This document shows positions 29,407-39,132 of a DNA stretch of 64,000 bases, one piece after another. Below the pieces are notes generated by a model. It did not search any database, was not told the origin of the DNA, and was given only the letters and a program-made list of their open reading frames with translations. Source of the stretch: Phycisphaerales bacterium (lineage in GTDB: Bacteria; Planctomycetota; Phycisphaerae; WQYP01); NCBI GenBank assembly GCA_027451365.1, contig DAIDJN010000054.1, positions 3,690-67,689 of the forward strand, read 5' to 3'. A program made the position numbers and the translations under genes. Every line of letters starts with the position of its first letter. Position 1 is the first letter of the stretch.

Positions 29407-31053
29407 ATGCCGATAGCCATCCATTGGAGCGCGCGCCGCTGGATATTGACGCTTGTCGGACTTTTATGGTTCTGTGTGCTGGCATGGGCGATGCTGGAAA
29501 TGTTCACGCCGCACTATCGGGTATCGCCCGCGACCACGTTTGTTACCGGGCCATTGAACCGGGATGGGACTGTGAATTTTGCCGCGGCAATCAATGCCGC
29601 CAATTCGCAAGGCGTGGCGCCGCAAGACAATGCCGCGGTTGCTCTATTGAAAATTCTTGGGGCCCATGTACTGTTGGGCACCGCGCCGGCCCGCACCGCG
29701 GGGCTGGCGGCCATGGGAATTTCAAAGCTGCCGCAGACCGGCGCATTTACCAGTTTCAGTGATTACCTGATGGCCGCTGATTTCGGACTGCCGGCCCATC
29801 AGCCCAGGCCGGCAACCGCAATAGAGCGCATGCGACTGCGCTATCAAATGAATGCCGCAATAAATGAACACATATATCGCTATGACAACATAAATAAACC
29901 CTGGAAGCCGGTGGAACACCCGTGGGTGGCGCGGTGGTTAAAATCCCAGCAGCGGGTCATAAAGATGGTGCGGGCGGCCGCGGACTTGCCCCGGTATTTT
30001 TCGCCGTTTCTCCGGAGCCGAAACGGGATGCTGATTTACCTGATGCCACCCGCAAATGTGGAACTGTTGCGCGATATGCTGCGGATGGACGCACTTGAAA
30101 AAATGGGAACTGGTAAATCCGCCAGCGCATGGCGGGACATAGAGGCAATCCGTCAACTGGGTGTCCTGGTTCGGCAGCAACGGCCTACCTTGATTGACCT
30201 GCTCATTTCGCTAAGTGGCCAAGCCGAAGCGGACGAACTGATTGCCAAACTGGCCGCCACCGGCATTTCATCTGAACACCAGTTGCGGGCCTATCTGGCA
30301 GAAAGTAAAAAATGGCCAATCGCCGGCGGCCTTCGAGCCTCCATTAACTTTGGTGACCGTCTGACGGAACTGAACTTCATTCAAGGCCTGTTCGAGCACC
30401 AGAATCTTATAGCCGCACGCCAACATGGCTTCCGCGGGTTTATTCCTTTGCACTTTGGCCAGGGCATGGCGCAATACAATCGCTGGATCAATCAGTTTGT
30501 GGCCGCCCTGCGCCCCGCGGCTTACGCAGTGCGGCGACGGGCAATCATGAATCAAACCACGCGCATTATCGGCGAATCGCCGCGTGGCTGGCGCGGTATT
30601 CTGATTCGTCTTAACGTGCTTCATGACATGCTGACACAAATGATGCCCGATTTTTCACAGGCTTTGCGCATTGAATATGCGGTTCGCGCTCGCCAGGCGC
30701 TCTCGCGGGTTGCCCTGGCGCTCGCCGCTTACAGCCGCAAACATGGCGGCTATCCGGTCACCCTTTCCCGACTGGTTCCGCACTTTTTCACCGTGATTCC
30801 GGCGGATCCGTTTACCGGTCGCCCGCTGCATTATACGGCCGACAAAGCGGGGTATTTGCTGTACAGTATCGGCCCGAATCTGCGGGACGACCACGGATTT
30901 CGTGCACCGCAGACCTATCCACCCAATCCGGACGCACCGGATGATATTGCCGTTCATGTACACTGGCACGTGGTGCCGCAGGCCAGACCCAATGGCAAAT
31001 CGGCACGTTTGCCGGCGCATTCAGGGCAATCGCGTGCAGAATCAAGCAAGTAA
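29407..31053 (+). CDS. Membrane-anchored helical protein with a GspG-like C-terminus (planctomycete-type hypothetical)
   Basis: N-terminal TM; TTFVTGPLNRDGTVNF; C-terminal GGYPVTLSRLVP..DPFTGRPLHY..LYSIGPN..DD.G. Confidence 0.7.
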   Translation: MPIAIHWSARRWILTLVGLLWFCVLAWAMLEMFTPHYRVSPATTFVTGPLNRDGTVNFAAAINAANSQGVAPQDNAAVALLKILGAHVLLGTAPARTAGLAAMGISKLPQTGAFTSFSDYLMAADFGLPAHQPRPATAIERMRLRYQMNAAINEHIYRYDNINKPWKPVEHPWVARWLKSQQRVIKMVRAAADLPRYFSPFLRSRNGMLIYLMPPANVELLRDMLRMDALEKMGTGKSASAWRDIEAIRQLGVLVRQQRPTLIDLLISLSGQAEADELIAKLAATGISSEHQLRAYLAESKKWPIAGGLRASINFGDRLTELNFIQGLFEHQNLIAARQHGFRGFIPLHFGQGMAQYNRWINQFVAALRPAAYAVRRRAIMNQTTRIIGESPRGWRGILIRLNVLHDMLTQMMPDFSQALRIEYAVRARQALSRVALALAAYSRKHGGYPVTLSRLVPHFFTVIPADPFTGRPLHYTADKAGYLLYSIGPNLRDDHGFRAPQTYPPNPDAPDDIAVHVHWHVVPQARPNGKSARLPAHSGQSRAESSK

Positions 31054-31220
31054 GGTTTGAAGCAGGTAGCTCATACTTTGGCCGCAACGCTTGCGTTTGC
31101 GCCGGAGGTTTATTGCATTCGTGCTGTTTTCCCTGTGGTGCCGGTTGTGGGCAAACCTGCGTAGCCGACTGAAGTTTTCAGCCCCATACCCCCGCCCCAG
31201 ATCATGGTACATTGTTCTTC

Positions 31221-31397
31221 ATGCCTCGCACCGCTCGCATTGTTATCCCGGGAATACCCCATCACGTGACGCAGCTTGGAAATAGCCGTCAAGCGGCTTT
31301 TTGCGTCAATGATGATCGCCGTGCTTGCCTCAAACTTGTCAGGCGACGACTGTGGGCACTGCCGCCCGGCAGGCACGAAAAAGATACAACATGCTGA
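31221..31397 (+). pseudogene. Internally deleted Y1/RAYT-like (IS200-superfamily) transposase
   Basis: MPRTARIVIPGIPHHVTQLGNSRQ (typical N-terminus) joined directly to KLVRRRLWALPPGR (typical C-terminus). Confidence 0.75.
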
Positions 31398-31448
31398 TCC
31401 GAAAGAGCATCGCGCAGCGCACACGCCGGATTTAACAGGCGGCTGCCC
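31332..31448 (+). repeat. ~117-bp direct repeat, left copy
   Basis: Matches 36993-37109; 42-bp identical core at 31368-31409 and 37029-37070. Confidence 0.92.
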
Positions 31449-31587
31449 ATTGTATCAGTACAACCTACCCCCATCATTGCCTGTCATCCGATCCGTTATC
31501 AGCGTCTCAAATCTCAGTTATTATGAATATTAACCGAATCACAATCCGCTGGGCCGGGACATTATTCCAATAAAAGTGCCGCATCAT

Positions 31588-32730
31588 TTATTTCTCCTTT
31601 CCTTTTACTCGGCACCCCAATCCAGCCGCCGAGTAAATGACCGAAAGTGCATTTGAGCAGGTATCAAATGAGTCACAATCGTCGCCGTCCGGGAACCATT
31701 CCCCCGGCGAGTAGGTGGCGAGCAGGCTTTGCGCAATCGGCAACGCATCATCGTGCGATCCGTTCTTCATGGCATCCTTAAGTCCGGCCAGCCAAACCTC
31801 CATCTTATTAAAACCATCGCCAAGAATGATTGTGGCGACCGTCCGGTTGCGGCTATTTGCAAGATATTCGTCCGGATGTCGACGGAGAAAGGCCGCCGCG
31901 TGCCAAAACATTGCTTGGGGCACCTCACCGCAAAATTCGCCAAAATTAGAATCTAGGATCGGAAGTGCAGTGCGCAAATCCATTTCGAATAGCTGGGACC
32001 ATTCGTGGCACGCCTCGACAATTCGGCCCTCAATGGCATATATCGCGCCCAAACCCCAATGCCCGGCGCCGAAGAGAGGGTCCTCCTCTACCGCCTCTTT
32101 AATCGTCTTCAACGCGTGCATTTTGTGACCGTTCATAAGAGCCTTTGCGCCGATAATCGCCGCCATTGAAGGCATCACCACGGTTGGGCGGGCGGTGATC
32201 GGTGAGCGACCAGCTCCCAAGGTCCAGGAACGCGATCGCAATAGCTCCGCGCGGGCCCCATCTGTTAATATGCCATCCACGTTCTCCAGCAATTGTCGCG
32301 ATCGGCTAAAAAGCGTTTGTGACTTTTTTATCTCATCAATTTCACTCGAGCAATCAAGACTCCAAGCGTCCAAATATGCCGCAAGCAGGCGAATGACCCC
32401 GGCGAAAGATCGCCCGAGCGAAGCCCGCATGCCCCCTTCGTATTCCGTCTGCACCCACACAGTCGGATCGGTCAATCGGAGGGGAAGTCGGAGGCAAATC
32501 TGGTCACCGGTGGCAAGATAAATTATCGGTAGAAGGTCCGGATCAGCTGCGCGATTCCACCAGTTCTCGGCGTCCTCAGGCGTGGCAAGATACAATTTAG
32601 TATCCAAGCCATCCGATTTCCAATCCGAGGTAAACTTCCACTTCTCCAATTCCTCGTACAACGGAAAAAAATCAGCCGGGAATTTAAATTTGTACCTTTC
32701 CTCTAGGGCTAGCCAATCGGTTATGTTCAT
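31588..32730 (-). CDS. SMI1/KNR4-like immunity protein with a TPR-like C-terminal region
   Basis: LEERYKFKFPADF..LLPI..TGDQICL..DPTV..SFAG; lies directly downstream of an Rhs toxin. Confidence 0.7.
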   Translation of the reverse strand: MNITDWLALEERYKFKFPADFFPLYEELEKWKFTSDWKSDGLDTKLYLATPEDAENWWNRAADPDLLPIIYLATGDQICLRLPLRLTDPTVWVQTEYEGGMRASLGRSFAGVIRLLAAYLDAWSLDCSSEIDEIKKSQTLFSRSRQLLENVDGILTDGARAELLRSRSWTLGAGRSPITARPTVVMPSMAAIIGAKALMNGHKMHALKTIKEAVEEDPLFGAGHWGLGAIYAIEGRIVEACHEWSQLFEMDLRTALPILDSNFGEFCGEVPQAMFWHAAAFLRRHPDEYLANSRNRTVATIILGDGFNKMEVWLAGLKDAMKNGSHDDALPIAQSLLATYSPGEWFPDGDDCDSFDTCSNALSVIYSAAGLGCRVKGKEK

Positions 32731-32874
32731 GGGAATAAATGTCCTCTTTGTCACTTGATGGAGCCGCCGGAACTCAAACCGCCGCCAAGGTAGTCTCACA
32801 GACGGGATATATTTTTATTATTTTGGCACCTCCTCAATAAATAGCCCCACATCTTCCGCTGGAAGTTAGTCCGC

Positions 32875-33850
32875 CTAAGGGATTGGAGGGGGCTTCGTTT
32901 CTAAAAAAAACTCAATATCTGTTGATCCTGCGTCGATGCCGTCGACGGCCTTCCCCAGAACACCTTCAGACTGCTGGGCTGCGATATCCGCCTGCTGCGC
33001 GTTTGACGCGGCGTCCTCATATTGAACGAATTGATCCTCGGTCAGATTCTCAGTCCCCGGAATCTGCCCGGAGCCCGCAATGGCCTGGGCCGCCGCGCCA
33101 GACTGCCCCCCTCCGGCTATCTCGCTCCCCGCGTTGTTGAAGGTATTCAACATTTGCTTGAAATCTGGGCTTGGGTCGGTCACCTGTTTAAACACGGACC
33201 GCAGAAAATTGCGGATATCCGGGTCATCAGATTTCAAGACGTCATCTGCGATCGCCTTGGCGTCTTCTTCGCTGAACTCTTTGCACTTCGGGTCGACCTG
33301 CGGATGATCTTTAAGCCATTTCTGAATGAGCTTGCGTACGGCCTTGGTGTAATCCGAATGCTCCGTTGAATTTCCGTGACGAGGAGTTGTGCTGCCCGTG
33401 ACGAACTTTTTGAAAAACTTATAGCCGGGAGAATCGGAATTGAAGAGATTTGGCTCATTATAGATCTTGCCGGGTATGATGTGATGACCAAATGCCAGCC
33501 CGCTCGGATCCACCGAATCCACCGGACCGCTGCCCACAAACCGATGCGTATTGGCCCCATTGACATAGGAAAGCGGATCCTGCGAAATCCATGTCCCCAA
33601 ACCTGGCAAATAATTCCGGAAGCGTTCGTCATACAGCCCCGTCACCGCATCCAGCGTCATGCCTTGATAAAGGTTGATTACCACAGGCTGCGTACCGGCG
33701 GGTGGCGTTGACCAATCGGCGTTCAATACGGTGATCGAACCGTAAGGCGAATAGACATAGCGTTGCGTAACGCCCCAACTACCGGCCGTGCTGTTGAATC
33801 CAACAACGGCGGTGGTATTCCAATTCGCATCCTGCAGGTAATAGACAGGC
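32875..33850 (-). CDS. Orphan Rhs core plus AHH-like (HNH/EndoVII) nuclease toxin tip, 5'-truncated
   Basis: YYLQDANWN, RYVYSPYG, LYQGMTLD..TGLY..R.Y...G.W..QDP, VDPSGL, then GHHIIP..HG...H..Y...V. No YD-repeat body. Confidence 0.85.
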
Positions 33851-33951
33851 AATTCCGGAGATGGAAATTGGGAATCGGAAAGGTAAAACCGGTCTTCGCC
33901 ACGACGACACAAAGACGCAATGCGGTTAATGGCGGATTTTCGATGGTTGAA

Positions 33952-34017
33952 ATTCTCACAGGAGGTATTGGAGGAACTGGATGTATCGCGAGGACGACGG
34001 GCAGACAGGATGTCCGC
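33952..34017. repeat. 66-bp repeat with a REP-like hairpin, copy 1
   Basis: Matches 36454-36519 with 5 mismatches; ends GCAGACA-GGA-TGTCCGC. Confidence 0.9.
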
Positions 34018-34306
34018 ACCACAATTCTGCCGCCGGGGGCTTTGGCTGGCAAGCAAGCATTCCGAAAACATTTCGTCAGGTGCAACCAAACGCGCGATCC
34101 CTTTTCAAGCTGTTCCAACTTGGATTATACCCTTGCTCAAATTCGCGGTAAATTCGTGCCACGGCATAAGGCTCCGATTTTGCTCCGCCTTTCGCCATAT
34201 TTCAATTTTGTCAAGACGCTTTCCGATCATCCGAACGTGCTTTATCTTAGAAATCTGCGGTCCTACAATTGCCGGGCCGGGGCAGCCACAACGCGTCTCC
34301 TGGTAA

Positions 34307-35068
34307 TCAGCTGCGCTTTCCAAACCTGTGCGCATCCGCCCAGAAAAGGACAGCCCCAAGACCCGCAGCCAAACCGGGTACCGCGAACAGCGGAACGGGT
34401 ACCCTCGCAAAAAAGGCCACGTACAGCACAATTGCCACCGCCGATGCAGTCCCCGCCAAAAACGCGTAAATCCCTATGTCACCCATTTTCCCGGTCCTTA
34501 GGCGGTATGTGACTATCCCCCAGGGCCCACCGGCCACAGACACAATCAGAAACATTGGCACGCCAGCCCGGTCCGTCACAAAGCGAGCCGTGAAGAATGC
34601 TGCCGCGGCTCCGACCAGGCAGCCCACCGCGCCAGATAAAACCAGAATCGCCTTTAATTCCGCAACCCACCACCAACGATTCAAAAAGCGAATGATGCGA
34701 ATTTGCGATCCGGGCACCAGCAGTCTTATTCCGGAATAAGATTTGGTCACGTCTTTTGCCCCAAGATGAAATCGGCCGACAGGCAACTTCGCTTGCAGCG
34801 GTTCTGATACTCCCAGTACATCAATCGCATCGATCCTGGCCAGCGGCCACTCAAGCGTGGTGCCATAACGATGCGCGACAGAACAGGTTATAATTTTTCC
34901 CGGCTGATCGGCGACCAATCTGTGGACAATCCCCAAGGAAACAACCGCACCCGATACCAGAAGGAGAGCAACGGGCAGGTAGGCCCAAAGGCCAGCGCTT
35001 ATTCGTACACAGGCGACACTCATTATCCGCTCGTCCGCCGATTCCGTCTGCTGCTTTGCCATTGCCAA
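34307..35068 (-). CDS. Membrane protein, possible immunity or accessory gene
   Basis: 253-aa ORF with several TM segments inside the Rhs island. Confidence 0.5.
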   Translation of the reverse strand: MAMAKQQTESADERIMSVACVRISAGLWAYLPVALLLVSGAVVSLGIVHRLVADQPGKIITCSVAHRYGTTLEWPLARIDAIDVLGVSEPLQAKLPVGRFHLGAKDVTKSYSGIRLLVPGSQIRIIRFLNRWWWVAELKAILVLSGAVGCLVGAAAAFFTARFVTDRAGVPMFLIVSVAGGPWGIVTYRLRTGKMGDIGIYAFLAGTASAVAIVLYVAFFARVPVPLFAVPGLAAGLGAVLFWADAHRFGKRS

Positions 35069-35096
35069 CTCCGCAGTGGGGTTTCACAAGTCTCAC

Positions 35097-35465
35097 TCAA
35101 CTGAAATAGAGGCCGGAACCGATTGCCCAAGCCGGCCCAGCGACCCGCACAAAACAGAGCATTAATAGAAAAGCCGCCACAATATGCCATGCCATCCAGG
35201 AAACGGCGGCCCCCTTCGCGGCACTTCCTCGAGTCAGAAGCGTCGCCGCCAATTCGACCGCTTCGCAGGTCGCGAGCACCGCGACGGCACCAACAATTGC
35301 CGCCACGACGCATAACAGTTTCTGCGAGAAGGCACCCGGATCTACGCCGTCGCCGCCAAGGATTCCTATAACGGAAGCTTCGGAAAGAAAAAAGGCCCCG
35401 GCCTCAATCCAAAAGACCGACCGTTGGCTAGTGAGACACTTACGCGGCAGGCTGAAAGTTATCAT
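35097..35465 (-). CDS. Small membrane protein, probable immunity protein
   Basis: 122 aa with about 3 TM segments, directly downstream of the second Rhs tip. Confidence 0.5.
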   Translation of the reverse strand: MITFSLPRKCLTSQRSVFWIEAGAFFLSEASVIGILGGDGVDPGAFSQKLLCVVAAIVGAVAVLATCEAVELAATLLTRGSAAKGAAVSWMAWHIVAAFLLMLCFVRVAGPAWAIGSGLYFS

Positions 35466-35577
35466 CGTGCTAAGCCTTTCTACTAAGGCCCCGACCGGGC
35501 CAAATAAAGATGTCCTTAAACCCTCAGCGTTGCGTCAAGATCCCCTCGCCCGCTGGTGGCAGTCCGCTGAAAGTAGC

Positions 35578-36456
35578 TCAATAAAATGATTCATCGACCA
35601 AGTTGACGTCCGCCGTATAGCCGCCGAAGGTCCCAGCAGGAGCAACATTCAGCCTCCACTCTGTTCCACCGGGTTGGGAACGGAGTATGGACGCGGGCTG
35701 GCCATTTGGCCCGATGTATGCGATGGGGAGGACTGAATTCGGATCTTCTGGCGCGGCGGAGCTGCATGCGAAGAGGTCCATCAACGCAATGCCGTATGAT
35801 ATATAGCGATCAGGAGCAACCAGCATGGTTCGCGCGGGATTGCCGGGTGCCAGGTAGCCGTCGCTGGCACCGTGGCCGAAATAATAGAACTTAAGAAGAT
35901 CCTTCGCGGCGGAATATTTGTTCAAATCCGAAACGATGCTTTTGTCAGTAGCCGCCCCGTCGAACGAGACCATATATCCCGCAGCTTTCGCCAAACTCTG
36001 TTCGGCAAAAGCTTTGCTTAGGAACAGGCCAGCTATCGACCAATAAAGATCAAAACCAGACAACTGATGCCCCAATTCGTCGCGAGTGAGGCTCCACCCG
36101 ACGTCGATGACGACAGTGTTTGGGACATAATAATCGCAGCCGTGTGCAGGAGTTGCCCATTTTTTTATTTCAGCGGGGTTGAGGTGCAGCATCTCCGCCA
36201 GGGCTATTGGCGTATCGCCTTTTTGCCATTTCGCAAGCGCCGTCGCGCCACCCTTGCGATCTATCAGCCAAGCGCCCCCCGCATCCACCGCCCCCACCGG
36301 TCCACTCTTCACATAGCCATACAAATTTATTCCGCCGTCATACCCGATCGGATCACGCTGTGCCCAACGGCCAAGAACGGCGTTGTATGTCCGATTGCGG
36401 ACGTAATAAAGCTGCGATTCAGGATCAGAGCGGTAGCCGCAGTAGATTATTTCATT
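35578..36456 (-). CDS. Orphan Rhs core plus a C-terminal domain with a LysM-like segment and an HG..AC (caspase-fold-like) motif
   Basis: NEIIYCGYRSDPESQLYYVRNRTY..LGRW.QRDPIGY.GG.NLY.Y..VDAGG, then GDT..LA..L..EI.KW, YFGHG and LFACSS. Confidence 0.8.
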   Translation of the reverse strand, partial: NEIIYCGYRSDPESQLYYVRNRTYNAVLGRWAQRDPIGYDGGINLYGYVKSGPVGAVDAGGAWLIDRKGGATALAKWQKGDTPIALAEMLHLNPAEIKKWATPAHGCDYYVPNTVVIDVGWSLTRDELGHQLSGFDLYWSIAGLFLSKAFAEQSLAKAAGYMVSFDGAATDKSIVSDLNKYSAAKDLLKFYYFGHGASDGYLAPGNPARTMLVAPDRYISYGIALMDLFACSSAAPEDPNSVLPIAYIGPNGQPASILRSQPGGTEWRLNVAPAGTFGGYTADVNLVDESFY

Positions 36457-36519
36457 CCCACAGGAGGTATTGGAGGAAATGGAAGTATCGCGAGGACGAC
36501 GGGCAGACAAGATGTCTGC
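36454..36519. repeat. 66-bp repeat with a REP-like hairpin, copy 2
   Basis: Perfect hairpin GCAGACA-AGA-TGTCTGC; abuts the start of the Rhs core. Confidence 0.9.
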
Positions 36520-36839
36520 GGTCCGGTGACCAGGAGATTTATTAGTTTGCTCAGATTTCCAGCCCGGGCGGCCGCAACTTCGCGGCTTGGTGCCGTGGTG
36601 GTGGTCAAATTGTTTATCCAGTGCGACCATAAATTGCCTTGAGAAAGGCCGACCTTGCTTTGGTGCCTAAATCATAACGTCGCCAGTTGCTGTGTGCCAA
36701 GCCAATGCACGTTCCTTGCCGTCTATTATCCGATATCGTCCGCTCACCGCCCATCCTTTTCCTGATACCATTTCCGCCGTTGCCACCACCCTTGCGAAGC
36801 GGCCGGTGGGAGCCAGGCGATGCCACCGAGCTTTCCGAA

Positions 36840-37058
36840 TGATTTAATCAGTGCCACCGGATTCAGGCCGTCCCCGGAGGTGTGGCGGGCTTTCCTCCGG
36901 CAAGCCGACGGTCCAAGGGACATCACCACCCTTCGCCGTGCCACACAAACGGCAGGCCGCTGGCCGCCGACCGCGCCATATACAAATTCGAGAAACTGGT
37001 CGGGCGACGTCTGCGGACACTGCCGCCTGGCAGGCACGAAAAAGATACAACATGCTGA
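36840..37058 (+). pseudogene. C-terminal remnant of the same Y1/RAYT-like transposase
   Basis: Frameshifted WRAFLRQ..LRRATQTGRPLA..KFEKLVGRRLRTLPPGR. Confidence 0.65.
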
Positions 37059-37109
37059 TCCGAAAGAGCACCGCGAAGCGCACACCCCGGATTTATCGGG
37101 CGACTGTCT
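36993..37109 (+). repeat. ~117-bp direct repeat, right copy
   Basis: Matches 31332-31448. Confidence 0.92.
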
Positions 37110-37205
37110 CTGGTAACCATAATATCCGGATACGCTCTGGCCACTTGACCGGCTAAGCCGCATCAGGGCCAGTAAAACCGTCATTGCAGAATTGCCGCTA
37201 TAGGT

Positions 37206-38966
37206 TTACTTTATAAAAAATGCGACGTGTGCCGCCGCCTTAATGGCATCGTGCAATCGCCGCGATTCGTGCGTATAGGACAGTTTGAAGAAACTAATTC
37301 CCCCATTGGCAAGCAACGTCAGGTCATGGCGTCCCGGCTTCAAGCCTGATAGTGTCAGCGTATACGCCCGTGCGGCTGGGTTAATATCGGCGGCCATTTT
37401 CCGACCATCCAGCAGCACTGTAAAACTTTGCGGTGCCTTACCGATGCACGCCCAGCGGACGTTTACCGTTTGTCCGGTCAGCAGCGCATTGCGATGCGGC
37501 GCACCGATTGCAACAACCGTGGTTCGTGGCACCTTTTGATGGTACAGGTTGATGCACGCGCGCGTCAGATTCAGATAATAAAATCCCCAGCCGCCGCAGC
37601 CGCGGTAAGCGCATGCGGTCAGCGAGGTTGGTTCAATATCATTGTTGAGATGCGTATTGTAGCAATCGACATAATGATTATGCTCATGTCCGTAGCCTTG
37701 ATCAATCGGTTGGCCGGCAAATTCATTCCATTGGCAGATGTTTAGGAATCGCGGACGATAACGCAGTGCGGAATTAAATTCATGGATATATGTTAATCCA
37801 TTGTCTCTCGCCCGTGCCGACCGAGCCAGCCAGCCACCGTTGGCGAAATAAGCCGGCGTTATGGTCAAATCTTCGCATTGGCCGTGATGATACACCGGAA
37901 TCGGATGAATGGAACCATCCATCCAGGACCAGTAGCCGGCGCGCCCGATTTGTGGCGTATTCTGCAATTGTGATGCCATCCAGCGCACGGTGAAATGACG
38001 CGTATTGATCGGAGGTTCACCAGATGCCAGTTTGCCCGCTAAAAACGCCGGACCAACTCCATTGAATATGATAATCAGCGGCTTTTTGTGATCGTGAAGC
38101 CACAATCCAGTGAATTTGGGATTCTGAATATAATTCCGGAAAATCCACGCCATCTCTCCGTTAACGGCTCGCGTGGTTGTAGGCGGACCATTGATAAGCC
38201 CCAGCAGCAGCGTCACCTGAGGAGTGGCAAGGCCGTGCCGTCGCATTTGCGCGTAGGTTTTTAACAACGCCGTGGTTGCGGATATCAATTGCCTGGCGGT
38301 TGACGGGCATTGTCGGAAACGGGTTTTGCCCCAAAGATTGTTGGACCAGTCAATGACAATATAGTTAATTCCCATCCGGTCCAGCCACAGCGCATGTTGT
38401 CGGATAACTACGCGATTGAAAGAAGAATATTTTCCCAGCAGCGGAACAGCTTCCGCGGTGTTCCAGGTCATATTTAGCGGCGTGAACCACGGTTCATAAT
38501 CTATTCCCACCAGATGCCGCCGATGCACAGGCATGATAACTTTTCTCGCCTTCACCGCTACCAAAACGGTATTGGAAGTCAGCGCGCCAAAGGGCTTCGG
38601 CCGCCCCACCGGAAAAATTGCCTTGGCCGGCCTGCTTGCCGCCACCGTTATGCGGGCCGTTCCCGTCGTCGGCAGTGGAATGATAAACGTCGTATCACCG
38701 GACCGGTTGGTTTCGCCGGCGGCGCCCCATTGCTTTCCGTTGACGTATGGCCATAGTTTAACCTTAGCGATATGGACGCCGGAATCAGATCTTAAGCGCG
38801 TGACCGTGGCCCTGATATCGACCGTTCCGCCTTCAGATATAACGGTGCGGTCCGCAACAATGTGCAGGAGCACTGCCCGCGCAACGCTGCAAACGTTCAT
38901 CATCAGGGCACCGGTAATGATAAATAATCTGACGCTTAAGAGGGGCCGCAAAGGTATTGAGAACAT
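37206..38966 (-). CDS. Secreted glycoside hydrolase (GH99/GH71-like TIM barrel) with Ig-like domains
   Basis: Signal peptide; YEPWF, PLLGKYSS...VIRQHA, IDWSN, QWNEF. Confidence 0.7.
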   Translation of the reverse strand: MFSIPLRPLLSVRLFIITGALMMNVCSVARAVLLHIVADRTVISEGGTVDIRATVTRLRSDSGVHIAKVKLWPYVNGKQWGAAGETNRSGDTTFIIPLPTTGTARITVAASRPAKAIFPVGRPKPFGALTSNTVLVAVKARKVIMPVHRRHLVGIDYEPWFTPLNMTWNTAEAVPLLGKYSSFNRVVIRQHALWLDRMGINYIVIDWSNNLWGKTRFRQCPSTARQLISATTALLKTYAQMRRHGLATPQVTLLLGLINGPPTTTRAVNGEMAWIFRNYIQNPKFTGLWLHDHKKPLIIIFNGVGPAFLAGKLASGEPPINTRHFTVRWMASQLQNTPQIGRAGYWSWMDGSIHPIPVYHHGQCEDLTITPAYFANGGWLARSARARDNGLTYIHEFNSALRYRPRFLNICQWNEFAGQPIDQGYGHEHNHYVDCYNTHLNNDIEPTSLTACAYRGCGGWGFYYLNLTRACINLYHQKVPRTTVVAIGAPHRNALLTGQTVNVRWACIGKAPQSFTVLLDGRKMAADINPAARAYTLTLSGLKPGRHDLTLLANGGISFFKLSYTHESRRLHDAIKAAAHVAFFIK

Positions 38967-39132
38967 CTTGATTTTCCTTACCGGATTAAACCACGGTACA
39001 ACTCAATGCAACAGCACGGAGCCATCGCATGTTGTCCAAATCGGCACGACCCAAACGTATTTAGCCTGAAGCGAGCACCGTCATTCCATACGTTCGGTTG
39101 TTGATATGGTTAACGCTTCGCGATTCCCTTTA

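Noticed and set aside
31332-37109. CRISPR array or integron cassette array
   Set aside because: Each repeat occurs only twice, kilobases apart; no spacer periodicity, cas genes, integron integrase or clear attC sites.
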